DNA of 64,000 nucleotides. Origin: Glaucostegus cemiculus (Eukaryota). Each line of letters opens with the position of its first letter. The first letter of the stretch is position 1. Below are positions 1 to 11,925 of the stretch, in pieces. The notes under the pieces were generated by a model that did no database searches, was not told the DNA's origin, and saw only the letters and a program-made list of their open reading frames with translations. The DNA lies in contig CDPCPM010000247.1 of the NCBI GenBank assembly GCA_976551045.1, forward strand, positions 2,542,001 through 2,606,000. Direction: 5' to 3'. Made by a program: the position numbers and the translations under genes.

Positions 1-19
1 CCTAGCAGCCCATCTCATC

Positions 20-660
20 CACAGTGACACACATTAATCCCATTTGCCTGCATTTCCTATCCAAATTCAAATAGCATTTCATCATTGTACCTGTAGCTGC
101 CTCGACCATCTCACCTGGCAACTCGTTCCAGGTAACCACTCTGCTCTGTGTGCAAAACTTGCTCCTCAGATCTCCTTAAATTTCTTCCCTCTCACCTTAA
201 ACCTGCGCCCTCTAGTTCTAGACACCCTTGATTATCAATTCTATTTCTGCCCCTCATAATTTTATAAACCTCCATAAAGTCACCCCTCACCCTCCTATGT
301 TCCAGTCAGAATAAATGCAGCCTATTCAATCTATCCTTATAATTACAGCTCTCCATTCCAGGAAACATCCTGGTGAATATTTTCTGCACTCTCTTTTTTG
401 TTATGACATTCTTCTTGTAGTGTGACAACTGGAAGTGTACACAACACTTTAAGTGTGGTCAAGTCTCTATTTTCAGGGAGCTATGAACTGGAACCCCAAG
501 GTCTATCTGTACATCAATGCTTCTAAGGTCCCTGCCCTTTATTCTCTATATCCTACCAGAACTCGAATTACAAAGTGCATTGCCTTACACTTGTCTGGAT
601 TAAGTTCCATCTGCCACTGCTCTGCTCAGGTTTCCAACTGATCTATGTCCAGCTGTGTCC
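20..660 (-). mobile_element. Old CR1 LINE 3' fragment
   Basis: The reverse complement resembles the 3' ORF2 and UTR of other CR1 copies in the window (e.g. cctctcaccttaaacct, ccctcataattttataaacctc); heavily decayed. Confidence 0.7.
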
Positions 661-1425
661 TTAGACACCCTTCAATTTTTACTATTTTCATATATTTATC
701 CCGCTTTCCATGTAAAGGCAATGATGGATTTTGTTTCACTTTTACTCAATGACAATTCTATATTGTAACATCGATGCATAAAATTATTGCTTTACTGTTA
801 CTGAACTGTTTCATAGTTCAGTAATAGTTCAGTGAAAATAAATTAGTGTACACCTTCTTCCCTTTGTCATTAGTTGTGTATACGTTCAATGCTCTATCTT
901 TCTTATTAACAGAATGAACAAAGTTGTGCACAGTTTGTTAATTTTCAATGTTCAATCAAATTTCAAACTGTTCGAACTCTCACCTCTCTGCATGCAAACA
1001 GAACTCATCATGTTCTTTATTTTTCCCTTAACAGAAGTATTTAGTTACTTGTCCTCTTTTGAACTCCTTTATCTTGTGCTCACTATATCACAACTCTATT
1101 CCCAAAAATTTCAACATTTGAAAGAATGCAATTTAATAACATAAATTCTTAGCCTGCTGTATTTTCTGGCTTCAATGTTCTTGGAAAAGTTCAGGTTAGA
1201 AGTAACTTTATTGAAAGGACTAAATCTAAAAGAAATCTTGCACTGAATGAAAGAGTTCCTAATAGAAACACAGAATAGCAGAGATAGCCAACATACAAAC
1301 ATAGAACAGCTCCCAGACAGGAAGGGAAATAGCACCAGGAACAAGGATAACAAACAGCCAGACAATGAGGTAGAAATTATAAATGGGAAATGACAATTAA
1401 ATTTTAACAGAAGACAGAAATAAGA

Positions 1426-3713
1426 CAATCACAATATCACAAGACAAGGGAGTGGAAGGAGGCCGTTCAGCTCATCCAGTCTGCTCCAAAGAGAAGGGAA
1501 AAGAAAAAAGAAGTAAGAAATGGGGAGAGAAGAGAGGGAAAAAAAACCTATTCTAACCCCAGTTTACGGCCTTATCTCCATATCCCCTGATACCTTGACT
1601 AATTAGATATCTATCTATCTCCTCCTTAAACACCTCCAATGATCTGGCCTCCACTGCTTTTCGTGGCAAGGAATTCCATAAATTCACTACCCTCTGGCTA
1701 AAGAAATTTCTCCTCATCTCTGTTTTAAACCTGTACCCTCTAATTCTAAGGTTGTGCCCTCTGGTCCTGGACTCACCCACTAAGGGAAACAGCTTGGCCA
1801 CATCTACTCTGTCCAGTCCTTTCAACATTTTAAATGTTTCTATGAGGTCTCCTCTCATTCTTCTGTACTCCAGTGAGTACAGTCCAAGTGCTGACAAACG
1901 CTCAAACCTTTCATCCCAGGAATCATTCTTGTAAATCTCTTCTGAACCCGCTCCAACATCAGCACATCCTTCCTAAGATATGGGGTCCAAAACTGTACAC
2001 AGTATTCCAAATGAGGCCTCACCAGTGCCCCATATAGCCTCATCAACACTTCCTTGCTTTTGTACACTATACCCCTTGAAATGAATGCCAACATAGCATT
2101 CACTTTTCTTACCACCGATCCGACCTGGTGGTGAACCTTTAGGTTATCCTGTATGAGTACCCCCAAGTCCCTTTGTACTTCTGTACTTTGAATTTTTTCT
2201 CTTTCTAGATAATAGTCTGCCTGTTTATTTCTGTTTCCAAAGTGTACAACTGCATATTTGTCAACATTGAATCTCATCTGCCATTTCTCCACCCATTCTC
2301 CTATACTATCTAAGTCTCTCTGCAACTTTCCTGTCTCTTCAATATTCAATACTCTTTACTCCTCCAGCTGTCTTGGTGTCATCTGCAAACTTGGCCACAA
2401 AACCATTTACTCCATCATCTAAATCATTAATGTACAGGGTAAAAAGAAGCGGCCCCAGCACTGAACCCTGCGGAACACCACTAGTAACTGGCAGCCAATC
2501 AGAACAGGATCCTTTTATTCCCACCCTTTGTTTTCTGCCAACCAGCCAATGCTCTATCCATTCTGTTAGACTACCTGTAATTCTGTGACCTCTCATCTTA
2601 TTAATCAGTCTCTTGTGCGGCACCTTGTTGAATGCCTTCTGAAAGTCTAAATACACAACATCTATCGCCTCTCCCTTATCCACCCTACCTGAGATTTCTT
2701 CAAAAAATTTCAGTAAGTTGGTCAGGCAGGATCTTCCCTTCACAAAACCATGTTGGCTTGGACCTATCTTGCCTTGCACCTCCAGATATTCCATAACCTT
2801 GCCCTTGAGGATTGATTTTAATAACTTTCCCACCATCGACGTAAGACTAATAGGTCTGTAATTTCCCTTATGCTGCTTCCTACCTTTCTTATAGAGCGGA
2901 ATTACATTTGTGACCCTCCAGTCCTCCAGAACCACGCCGGAGTCTATCGATTCCTGGAAAATTATCTCCAATGCCTCCGCTATCTCTAAAGCCACTTCCT
3001 TCAGAACCCGGGGATGCACCTCATCCGGTCCAGGTGATTTATCAGTCTTTAGTCCATTTAGCTTTCCCAACACCTTCTCTCTAGTAATCTTAACTGAACT
3101 CAGTTCCATCCCTTGAGACCCTTGACTATCCGGTATATTGCTGATATCCTCCACTGTGAATACCAATACAAAATACTCATTTAGCTCCTCTGCCATCTCT
3201 TTATCATCCAATATAATCTCTCCCGCACCATTATCGATTGGTCCTATATCAACCCGCGTTTCTCTTTTACTCTTTATATATTTAAAAAAAACTCTTAGTA
3301 TCCTTTTGAATATTATCTGCCAGCTTCCTTTCATAATTCATCTTTTCTTTCCTAATGATCTTCTTAGTTTCTTTCTGTAGGTTTTTAAAAGTTTCCCAGT
3401 CTTCTGCTTTCCCACTAATTTTTGCTTTCTTGTATGCCCTCCCTTTTGCTCTTATTTTAGCCTTCACCTCTCGTTATCCACATGCATCTTATTTTAATTC
3501 AAAATCTTTTTCTTGGAATATATCTATCCTGCATTTTCCTCATTTCTTGTAGAAATTCCATCCATTTCTGCTCTGCCGTCCCTCCAGCTGGCTTACACTT
3601 ACAGTCAATTTGGGCCAGCTCCTCTCTCATGCTACTATAATTTCCCTTGTTCCACTGAAATATTGATGCACCAGTCATCAGCTTCCCTTTCTCAAATTTA
3701 AAACCGAACTCAA
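1426..3713 (-). mobile_element. CR1 LINE, 5'-truncated, relatively young (ORF2 reverse transcriptase)
   Basis: Minus ORFs 2339-3334, 1855-2349 and 1553-1897 carry [38 protein letters not shown] and RPHLEYCVQFW; several frameshifts; 3' UTR ends near 1426. Confidence 0.92.
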
Positions 3714-4246
3714 TACCAGGAAGAATAAGTCAAGACAATGGAAATATGAAAAAAGTGTGAGTTGGATATGAAAAAGAGAGGTTAATGAAAAGTAAGATTA
3801 TAGATCAGGAAAGGGGGACTGGTAGCAAGAACTGTACAGAAAAATATAACAAGAAAAATGAAGCTGTAAGTTAAAAGACCCCTGTGACTTTAAGTCTTCT
3901 TTCAATACAGTGGTATCAATGAAATACAAAGAAATAATATTTATGGTATTAGATATTTTTCAGTTTAGAATGTACTTGTTTTTTTAAATGATACACAATT
4001 ATAATTAATGCACAATATAGTCAGAACCTGTACCCATCTACATTTCAATTTAATTCCTTATCAAACTCAGCATGCTTTAACCAATGGTCATTGTAAAGGA
4101 TTTTACTTTGAGGTTAAAAAATGACAAAATTGTAGTCATTTTAGTCAGATAAGTAGCACATGCATAAACTATTGCAACATTTATTGCATTCACTATTGCT
4201 GCCCCAGCCCTCTAAGCTTTTTTGTAGTTTCTGTTGTAATACATAC

Positions 4247-4440
4247 CCAGTATAAGACATCTGTCCATCCCTCCATGGTGATGCACTGAAAGACGGTTAA
4301 CATGGCAAAGGCAAAGTTATCGAAGTTAGTAATTCCATCATTAGGGCCGACCCATCCACTTTTGCAGATTGTTTCATTGGAACATCGGCGGCCGTGCCCA
4401 ACATTTAAGCTGCAGGGTGCAGGTTCACCTTCAGGTTCAT
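4247..4440 (-). CDS. CACNA1C: L-type Ca2+ channel alpha-1C coding exon (equivalent to human exon 7; domain I extracellular loop and pore helix/selectivity filter)
   Basis: Encodes (D)[64 protein letters not shown], including the TMEGW filter glutamate. Acceptor ttaaatcaag|AT, donor TGG|gtatgt; 194 nt, phase 1 to phase 0. Confidence 0.96.
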
Positions 4441-4777
4441 CTTGATTTAACAAGACAATAGGTTAACAATATGCATCAGCTCTAGTGTATCAGAATTAAT
4501 AGTTACCTCTTGTTAGCCCTGATGAAATGTCACCATATTAATCTGAGATGTATACAATACAATTTAATTTAAAATAAAGATAGAAAAAGATTAGGAATAC
4601 TCAGCGGGTTATGCTGAATGATTTACAATAATTTCACTACAAGGAGTAAATTTCTTCTCTCCTGATATTTCTCTCATGGTGAAAGTGAACAAAATGTTAA
4701 ATACCAGTTTTGAAATTTTGTTCCTGTAACATCATCATCCATTGATGGGGTGACAAATAAAACTTAATGCAACATTG

Positions 4778-5075
4778 AGTCATAGAGATACAGCATAGAA
4801 ACAGGCTCTTGGGTCCACTGAATCCAGCCTGATCATCAACCACTCATTTACATTGATCCTAACTTAATTGCATCTTTTTTATTCTCACCATATTCTCTCC
4901 AACTCCTCCCACCCCTCTTCCCCCAGATTCTATCACTCATCCATCAAAACCTGCACTTTTTTTCAGATGTGTGAAGAAAATGGAACACCTGGAGGAAATC
5001 CCCCATGCAGTCACTGGGAGAACATGCAATCTCCACACAGACAGCACCCGAGGGCAGTATTGAACCATAGCTTTC
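4778..5075 (-). mobile_element. tRNA-derived V-SINE with CR1-type tail (old copy)
   Basis: Reverse complement shows a box-B-like ggttcaatactgccc, the V core (gagtttgcatgttctccc-like) and a CR1 3' tail (cctgtttctatgctgtatctctatgactc). Confidence 0.7.
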
Positions 5076-5289
5076 CATGCATCAGCCAACAGTTGTCAGT
5101 TTTCTAAATTTTCTGTTGCTGCGGACACATATGCCACTTCTAATTTAAAAGTGTCAAGGGTTGTTTGGTCCCAGTGCAGCATCTGCCTGTATTTTCTAGA
5201 ATGAAGAGGGAAAATTGACAAACTGACTAGTTTAGGAAAAGGGAAAGGAAAAGCTTGATGAGACCATTTAAGATGGCTCAATCTAAGAC

Positions 5290-5570
5290 ACTAGCATGAA
5301 GAACTTCTACACTGATGTCCTTGGGTGAGATGCTTTACCTTTAATAATACAACTGTCTTCCTTTGTCCTGGCTATGATTTCAATCAGTGGAGAGTATTTC
5401 CCCAAAATTCAATTTTACTAGATCACTGTCAAATGCTGCTTTTATATCAATGGCAGTCACTTTCATCTCACCTCTGAAATTCAGCTCTTTTGTTTGTGTT
5501 TGGACCAAGATCGCAAGGGGTCTGAAACAGCAAAGTTCCAGCAGTACTCAGTTTGAAGATTTGTTAGTAA
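5290..5570 (-). mobile_element. Ancient CR1-clade LINE fragment (same family as 10600-11700)
   Basis: Reverse complement encodes ELNFRGEMKVTAIDIKAAFD-like RT sequence, matching ELNSGGEVSVVALDIKAEFNK near 11430. Confidence 0.55.
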
Positions 5571-5629
5571 GTATTGCTTGATAATTCTTATCATATGGTG
5601 GTACTTAAGGGTCATATTGCTAGAGCCAA

Positions 5630-6354
5630 CAAAGGCAAATGTGCAGCATTTCCCATAAAGTGAAAGCCACCAATTGGCCAAGACAGACTTTGAGAATGAA
5701 ATGTGCATTACTTTCAATGCCTCAGCACAGTCTTTTGTCAATTGAGGAAACAGGTATTTAAAGATCAAGATCACAGACCTGGCACAAAACAAAGTGATAC
5801 CTGCCTTCCTGTATGTTTCTGAGATATGGACTAACTACCACAGAGCACCTCAAGACACTGGAAAAATACCACCAACAGAGAAAAATCATCCCAATTCATT
5901 GGAAAGAAAAGCAAACCAACATCAGTGTCCTTCACCAGGCCAAAATCTCTAATATTGAGACTGTAGTTAAAAAAATTCAAGTATATGATCAGTCTCCTTC
6001 CAGAAGTACATCCCCAACATCTCTAATATTGAGAGTGCAGTTAAACTCAGTCAGCTACATTGGGTATGCCCTGTCATTTACATATTCATACTAGATTCAC
6101 AAAACAGACATTCTGTTCTGAACTGTCACAGGAAGAGATTATCAGATGGATAGGGGAAGAAAAAAAAGAAATCAAGGATATGGTCTAAGTTTTCCTTGAA
6201 GGAGCCACATCCCCATTGACTCATGGTAATCTCTGGCCCATGATCACTCAAAGTGGAGGAGAAGCATTCAGGATGGCTCTGAGGGTTAAGTCCATGCATC
6301 AGGAGCATATCAAGACAACCCCCGAATGGTGGCAGAAGGGAGTGCACCAACTCA
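5630..6354 (+). mobile_element. RTE/BovB-type LINE 3' fragment, interrupted by a CR1 insertion
   Basis: Degenerate VIPAFLYVSEIWT..EHLKTLEKYHQQ..RKIIPIHW, typical of the RTE ORF C-terminus; appears to resume briefly after 7894. Confidence 0.7.
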
Positions 6355-7893
6355 GACGAGATGTACCCCAGGTTGCTGTGGGAGGCGAGGGAGGAGATTG
6401 CGGAGCCCCTGACGATGATCTTTGCTTCGTTGATGGAGACGGGAGAGGTTCCGGTAGATTGGAGAGTTGCAGATGTTGTGCCGTTATTCAAGAAGGGGAA
6501 TAGGCATAGACCAGGGAATTATAGACCGGTGAGTCTTGCCTCGGTGGTGTGTAAGCTGCTGGAGAGGATCCTGAGAGGCAGGATTTATGAACACTTGGAG
6601 AAGTATGGCATGATTAGAAATAGTCAGCATGGTTTTATCAAGGGCAGGTCCTGTCTGACGAGTCTTATAGAATTTTTTTGAAGAAGTGACCAAGAATGTC
6701 GATGAAGGGAGATCGGTAGATGTAGTGTATATGGATTTTAGCAAGGCTTTTGATAAGGTGCCCCATGCGAGGCTTATGGAGAAGGTGAGGAGACACAGGA
6801 TCCAGGGGGACATTGCGATGTGGATTCAGAATTGGCTGGCCCACAGAAGGCAAAGAGTGGTTGTGGAAGGGTCGTATTCTGAGTGGAGGTCGGTGAACTC
6901 CGTGTACCTCAGGGATCTGTGCTGGGACCCTTGCTGTTTGTCATCTTTATAAATGACCTGGATGATGAAGTGGAGGGGCGGGTTAGTAAGTTTGCTGACG
7001 ACACGAAGTTTGGGGAGTTGTAGATAGTTTGGAGGGCTGTCAGAGGCTACAGAGGGACATAGATAGGATGCAGAGTTGGGCTGAGAAATGGCAGATGGAG
7101 TTCAACCCAGATAAATGTGAAGTGGTTCATTTTGGTAGGTCATATAGCTTGGTCGAATATAGAATTAATGGTAAGACTCTTGGCAGTGTGGAGGATCAGA
7201 GGGATCTTGGGGTCCGAGTCCATAGGACGCTCAAGGCGGCTGCGCAGGTTGACTCTGTGGTTAGGAAGGCGTATGGTGTATTGTCCTTCATCGGTTGAGG
7301 GATTGAATTTAGGAGTAGGGAGGTAATGCTTCAGTTGTATAGGTCCCTGGTCAGACCCCACCTGGAGTATTATGTTCAGTTCTGGTCGCCTCACTACAGG
7401 AAGGATGTGGAAGCTATAGAGAGGGTACAGAGGAGGTTTATGAGGATGCTGCCTGGAATGAGGAGCATGCCTTATGAGAGCAGGCTGCGGGAACTCAGCC
7501 TTTTCTCCTTGGAGAGAAGGAGGATGAGGGGGGACCTGATTGAGGTGTATAAGATGATGAGAGGTATGGATAGGGTAGATAGTCAGAGGCTTTTCCCCAG
7601 GGCTGAAATGGTGGCCACAAGAGGACATAGGTTTAAGGTGCTGGGGGGAAGATATAGGGGAGATGTTAGGGGTAAGTTTTTTACTCGGAGAGTGATGAGT
7701 GCGTGGAATGGGCTGCCAGAGATGGTGGTGGAGGTGGATACGTTAGGGTCTTTCAAGAGACTGTTGGATAGGTACATGGAGGTAAATAAGATAGAAGGTT
7801 ATGGGTAAGCCTAATAGTGTGGGGACATGTTCGGCACAGCTTTGTGGGCCGAAGGGCCTGAATTGTGCTGTAGGTATCTATGTTCTATGTTCT
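6355..7893 (+). mobile_element. Young 5'-truncated CR1 LINE with 6-bp TSD (AACTCA)
   Basis: ORFs 6361-6681, 6686-6952, 7029-7298 and 7326-7808 are CR1 RT; (tatgttc)n-type tail; AACTCA at 6349-6354 and 7894-7899; many CpGs retained. Confidence 0.93.
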
Positions 7894-9087
7894 AACTCAC
7901 AAAGTCCTCACACGCATCTTTGTCCTTGATGTTCACTTAAACATTATAGATAGGGAATCCTTAATGTCATTTAACCTTCTGTTCAACAGTACAATATTAA
8001 AACAGGCCATAGCTGGAGCAGGCTGTACAAAAATAGCAAGTCAGTGTTAAATTAACATTGTGCACCAATTAACCATAATTTGCCTGCTTTGCATGCTGCT
8101 GCCAAACGAGAGAGGCAGGCATGTTTACAAACTCCATCTCCAAGATGGTGTCTGCATGCATTTTGGATCCTATTTTAAATGAACTAGGAAACGGCAAAGT
8201 GCTTAAAATAAATCTCTAAAGTATGTCAGCCATACCTGTCTTATCTCTTATACCTGTATAAAGTGAAAATAAAAACAAGTTCAATTTTTGGCCACATTAA
8301 AATGACGACAAATTTATACAAATATACCACTTAGGATTGTGACCTAATGTGCTATTTATTATAATACAGCAAAATCACAATATTATAAATGAAAACTAAA
8401 ATTGTTGGGAAGTTAGACAACTCCAATTTGTAAATCTGTTTCAAAAAAAGCAGAGATTTATCAGCTACATTAACATACAAGGGTAAGGACAGAAGATTTC
8501 TTATAAAATCAGTACACTTGTTCCAAGAACAGGAGAAAAAAATGTTGCGTAAGTAGAGAAAAGAAATAGTTTAAATTTATATTATGGAACCTGAAAATTA
8601 CATTTGAGTTCTGATTACTGCCCTTGGATTCTGATCATTAGAGTTAGAAAAAGCTATAGTTATTCATACCACAGATGTTATTGGGAGCAATGAATAACAC
8701 TTAAATGTTTTGCTGCAGCATAACTGCCTTGACTTAAAGATAAACAAAGTGCAAAATATCTACCATTTAAAAAAAATTCTACATTTTAGGGTGACTCTTG
8801 TTGTTACATCAGTAGCAAAATCAGCCAACCAGAAATAGCATAAGCGCTGATACATGTTAAAAAATAGAATTAACAAAAATTCTGAACACATCACATTATA
8901 CAATGCTGTGATAACAGTCAACTCTACTGATGGAGTTGCCTATACACTGCTTGGTAACCACATCAAGTTATTTACAATTTGCCTTCTGAGGTAAAAGAGT
9001 ACAGTAAAATTCTAATAATCCACTATCCAACTGCTCAGAAATTTTATCTAACATCTAGTTCGCCAGCTTATGTTTACCATGTTCTTT

Positions 9088-9262
9088 TTACACTTACTGG
9101 AGCCCTGATTCCCATGGGCCCTTTCCACTCACCAAGTCCCTAATTCCTGCACTCATTTTTCAGTCATCAGGGCCTTGATTCCTGCCCTGACTTTCCACTC
9201 ACTGGACCCCTGATTTCTGCATTCCGTTCCCACTCACCAGGCTCCCAGTTCCTGTGCTGCCT
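9088..9262 (+). repeat. Degenerate ~35-bp minisatellite, about 5 units
   Basis: Recurring unit tttccactcac(c/t)(a/g)g..ccctgattcctg at ~35-nt spacing. Confidence 0.75.
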
Positions 9263-9269
9263 TAAAACT

Positions 9270-10250
9270 TTTTGTATTGTTTTATTATTTTCACTTGTAC
9301 CAAGGTACAGTGAAAAACTGGTCTTGCATACTGTTCATTCAGATCAATTCATTATACGGTGCATTGAGGTAGTACTGGGTAAAAACAATAACAGAATACA
9401 GAGTAAAGTATCACAGCTATAGGGAAGTGCATTGGAGGCAGACAATAAGGTGCAAGGTCATAACAAGGTAGATTGTGAGGTCAAGAGTCCATCTCATCAC
9501 ATAAGGAAACTGTTCAATAGTCTTATCACCGTGGGTAAGAAGCTGTCCTTGAGCCTAGTGGACGGCACAGTAGCATAGTAGGATGGCACAGTAGCATAGT
9601 GATTAGCACAATGCTTTACAGCGCCAGCGACCCAAGTTCAAATCCGGCCACTGTCTGTAAGGAGTTTGTACGTTCTCCCCATGACTGTGTGGGTTTCCCC
9701 TGGGTGCTATGGATTCCTCCCACATTCCAAAGACGTACAAGTTAGAAAGTTATGGGCATGCTATGTTGGCACTGGAAGCGTGGCGACACTTGCGGGCTGT
9801 CCCCTCAAAAATCACTACGCAAAAAGGTGTATTTCACTGTGTGTTTCGATGTACATGTGACTAATAAAGATCTTATCTTATGTGCCCTCAGGCTCCTGTA
9901 TCTTCTGCCTGATGGGAGAGGGGAGAAGAGAGAATGACCTGGATGGGTGGTTGAGGTCTTTGATTATGCTGGCTGTTTCACCAAGGCAGTGAGAGGTATA
10001 GACAGAGTCCACGGAGGGGAGGCTGGTTTCCGTGACATGCTGGGCTGGGTCCACAACTCTCTGCAGTTTCTTGCTGCCCAGGCAGGGCAGTTCTCATACC
10101 AAGCCATGATGCATCCAGATAGGATGCTCTCGATGGTGCTTTGATTAAAGTTGATGAGTATCAAAGGGGACATGCCTATTTTTTTTAACGTCCTGAGGAA
10201 TCAGAGGCGATGGTGAGCTTTCTTGGCCATGGCGTCTACATGGTTACTGC
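9270..10250 (-). mobile_element. Rex1/Babar LINE 3' fragment, split by a SINE
   Basis: Minus ORF 9964-10173 (STIESILSGCIMAWY); 3' UTR closely similar to 29640-30300. Confidence 0.85.
9560..9878 (+). mobile_element. V-SINE with Rex1-like tail and duplicated 5' end
   Basis: tRNA-like head (tagcatagtgattagc..gttcaaatccggcc), V core ggagtttgtacgttctcccc..cccacattccaaagacgt, tail tttcactgtg..gtacatgtgactaataaa. Interrupts the host sequence gagcctagtg|tatgtgccctc. Confidence 0.85.
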
Positions 10251-10599
10251 ATTTAGTAGAAAATATATTATAATACTATGTATCATCTAAAAATAGTGAA
10301 TTGAAAGTGCTTTGTGATATTACAGATATAATATTCAATAACCTGGAAAATCTGCCAGTCCTGTTCCATGCATGCTCGGTTATTGCAGTTTTATTGTAAA
10401 TGTTTATAAATATTAAACATATATTTTACTGTATTATCCATTGTCAATTTAGAATTTAAGGATATCTGTCCAATAATTAATAATGTAAGTAACTAAGCAT
10501 GTAAAACATCACAGAAAAGGAAAACTTGGAGGCCTCTAACCAGAGTTAGGTTGAAGTATTAATTTTATACATTTATGATAATTTAATTCTGAATGGTGC

Positions 10600-11700
10600 T
10601 GGCCATAACTAAACTGGAGAAGGAGGAGACTCTAAGAATATCCCATCCTCAAGGAATGGGAGTGCAAAGGACAAGGTTGAAGAATTTATCAGCATTTTTC
10701 GGTAGAAGTACCAAATGAACAAATTATCTCCACTTTCTCCCGAGATCCCACCATCAAAGAAGCCTATCTTTAGACAATTTGATATATTCCACATGATATC
10801 AAGAAATAGCTGCAATCACTCCATATAGCAAGGGCATTGGGACCAGATGGCATCCTGGTTGCAGTGTTGAAGACTTGTACTCCAGCACTGACAGGATCTC
10901 TAGCTAAGCTCCAATACTGGAGTCTATCCAACAATCAGAAAAATTGCCCAGGTTTATCACAAGCATTAAAAGACAAAAATCCAAACCAACTTATTACCAC
11001 CTGTCTACCTCCAATTTCAGCATAGTGAGTGAAAATGTTGATAGTGGTATTAAAAAGCACTTCTCAATCCAGGTGACCCTTGTGTGTTTGGGTGGAGGGT
11101 ACAAGGAGTACCCTTGTAAGGAGTGCGTACTTACCCTCCACGCACTCCTTGTGCGTGGAGGGTAAGTACCTTATTGCAATTTTCCATAACACAAAGCTGT
11201 GTCATCTGCGCATGATTCAAGAAATGTGAGTTGAAAACAAAAATTTAGTGTTGATTTATTTACTTTTCTTTCCACATAAATTCTATGAAAGCAACTTTTA
11301 TTCTGTATTTCAAATTTTTGAGTAGTGATTTGTGAATTCTGCAAGGGTGAATTTCCACAACCTGAACGGCCATAACATGGGGGTAATCTATTCACTGATG
11401 TACCTTATTACAGCCTTTATCCAATCATGGATTGAGCTAAATTCTGGAGGTGAGGTGAGTGTAGTTGCTCTTGACATCAAGGCAGAATTTAACAAGTGCA
11501 TCATCAAGATGCCCTGGTAAAACTGAAGTCAACGGGCATCAAGGGGGTGGCTTGCACAACGTAAGATGGTTATAGTTGCTGATACACCAGGACATCACTG
11601 CAGAAGCTTTTCAGGTAAATGTGCTAGACCCAACAATCTTCTGCTACTTCATCAATGGCTTTCCATCTATCATAAGTTCAGATGTGGGGATGTTCAACTT
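10600..11700 (+). mobile_element. Ancient CR1-clade LINE RT fragment with an internal non-LINE insert (~11070-11365)
   Basis: GPDGILVAVLKTCTPAL, ELNSGGEVSVVALDIKAEFNK and LDPTIFCYFIN motifs, highly decayed. Confidence 0.65.
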
Positions 11701-11925
11701 CATTCACAACTCCTCTGAGAGTATCTGCTGCTGACCATAGCATGCCACATTTGAGTGAGCCATGGGGTCATGAGACATTTACTTATCCCACAGTGGAAGT
11801 TACTGAGGTGCCAGACTAGTTCATTCTTGACAGCAAAGGGAATCTGATGAAGACACTGTTCCTTTTCCAGCTTGCCCCTCCAGCAGAAGGTGTATCCTTT
11901 TCCTTGCTCTTTAAGTTGGACATCA
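11700..11925 (-). mobile_element. RTE/BovB LINE endonuclease fragment
   Basis: QLKEQGKGYTFCWRGK..HQIPFAVKNELV matches the RTE APE-domain GYTFFW.G..GVGFAVK motif. Confidence 0.7.

Larger units (their letters stand above)
9002..10396. mobile_element. Non-autonomous pogo/Tigger-like (Tc1/mariner) DNA element hosting nested Rex1 and SINE insertions
   Basis: Ends are TA|CAGTAAAATTCTAATAATCC ... GGTTATTGCAGTTTTATTG|TA (imperfect TIRs, TA target duplication); a related copy lies at 37621-37989. Confidence 0.6.

Noticed and set aside
794-828. AT-rich imperfect hairpin actgttactgaactg/tagttcagtaatagt
   Set aside because: Short, low-complexity and isolated; no supporting context.
2339-3334. 331-aa RT ORF as a functional or domesticated gene
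   Set aside because: Part of a 5'-truncated, frameshifted CR1; it ends just after the FADD motif.
1-4246. Exons 8/8a (WPWIYF or LPWVYF)
   Set aside because: No such motif found on the minus strand; they presumably lie left of the window.
9088-9262. CRISPR-like array
   Set aside because: Degenerate head-to-tail minisatellite without unique spacers or cas genes, inside a vertebrate intron.
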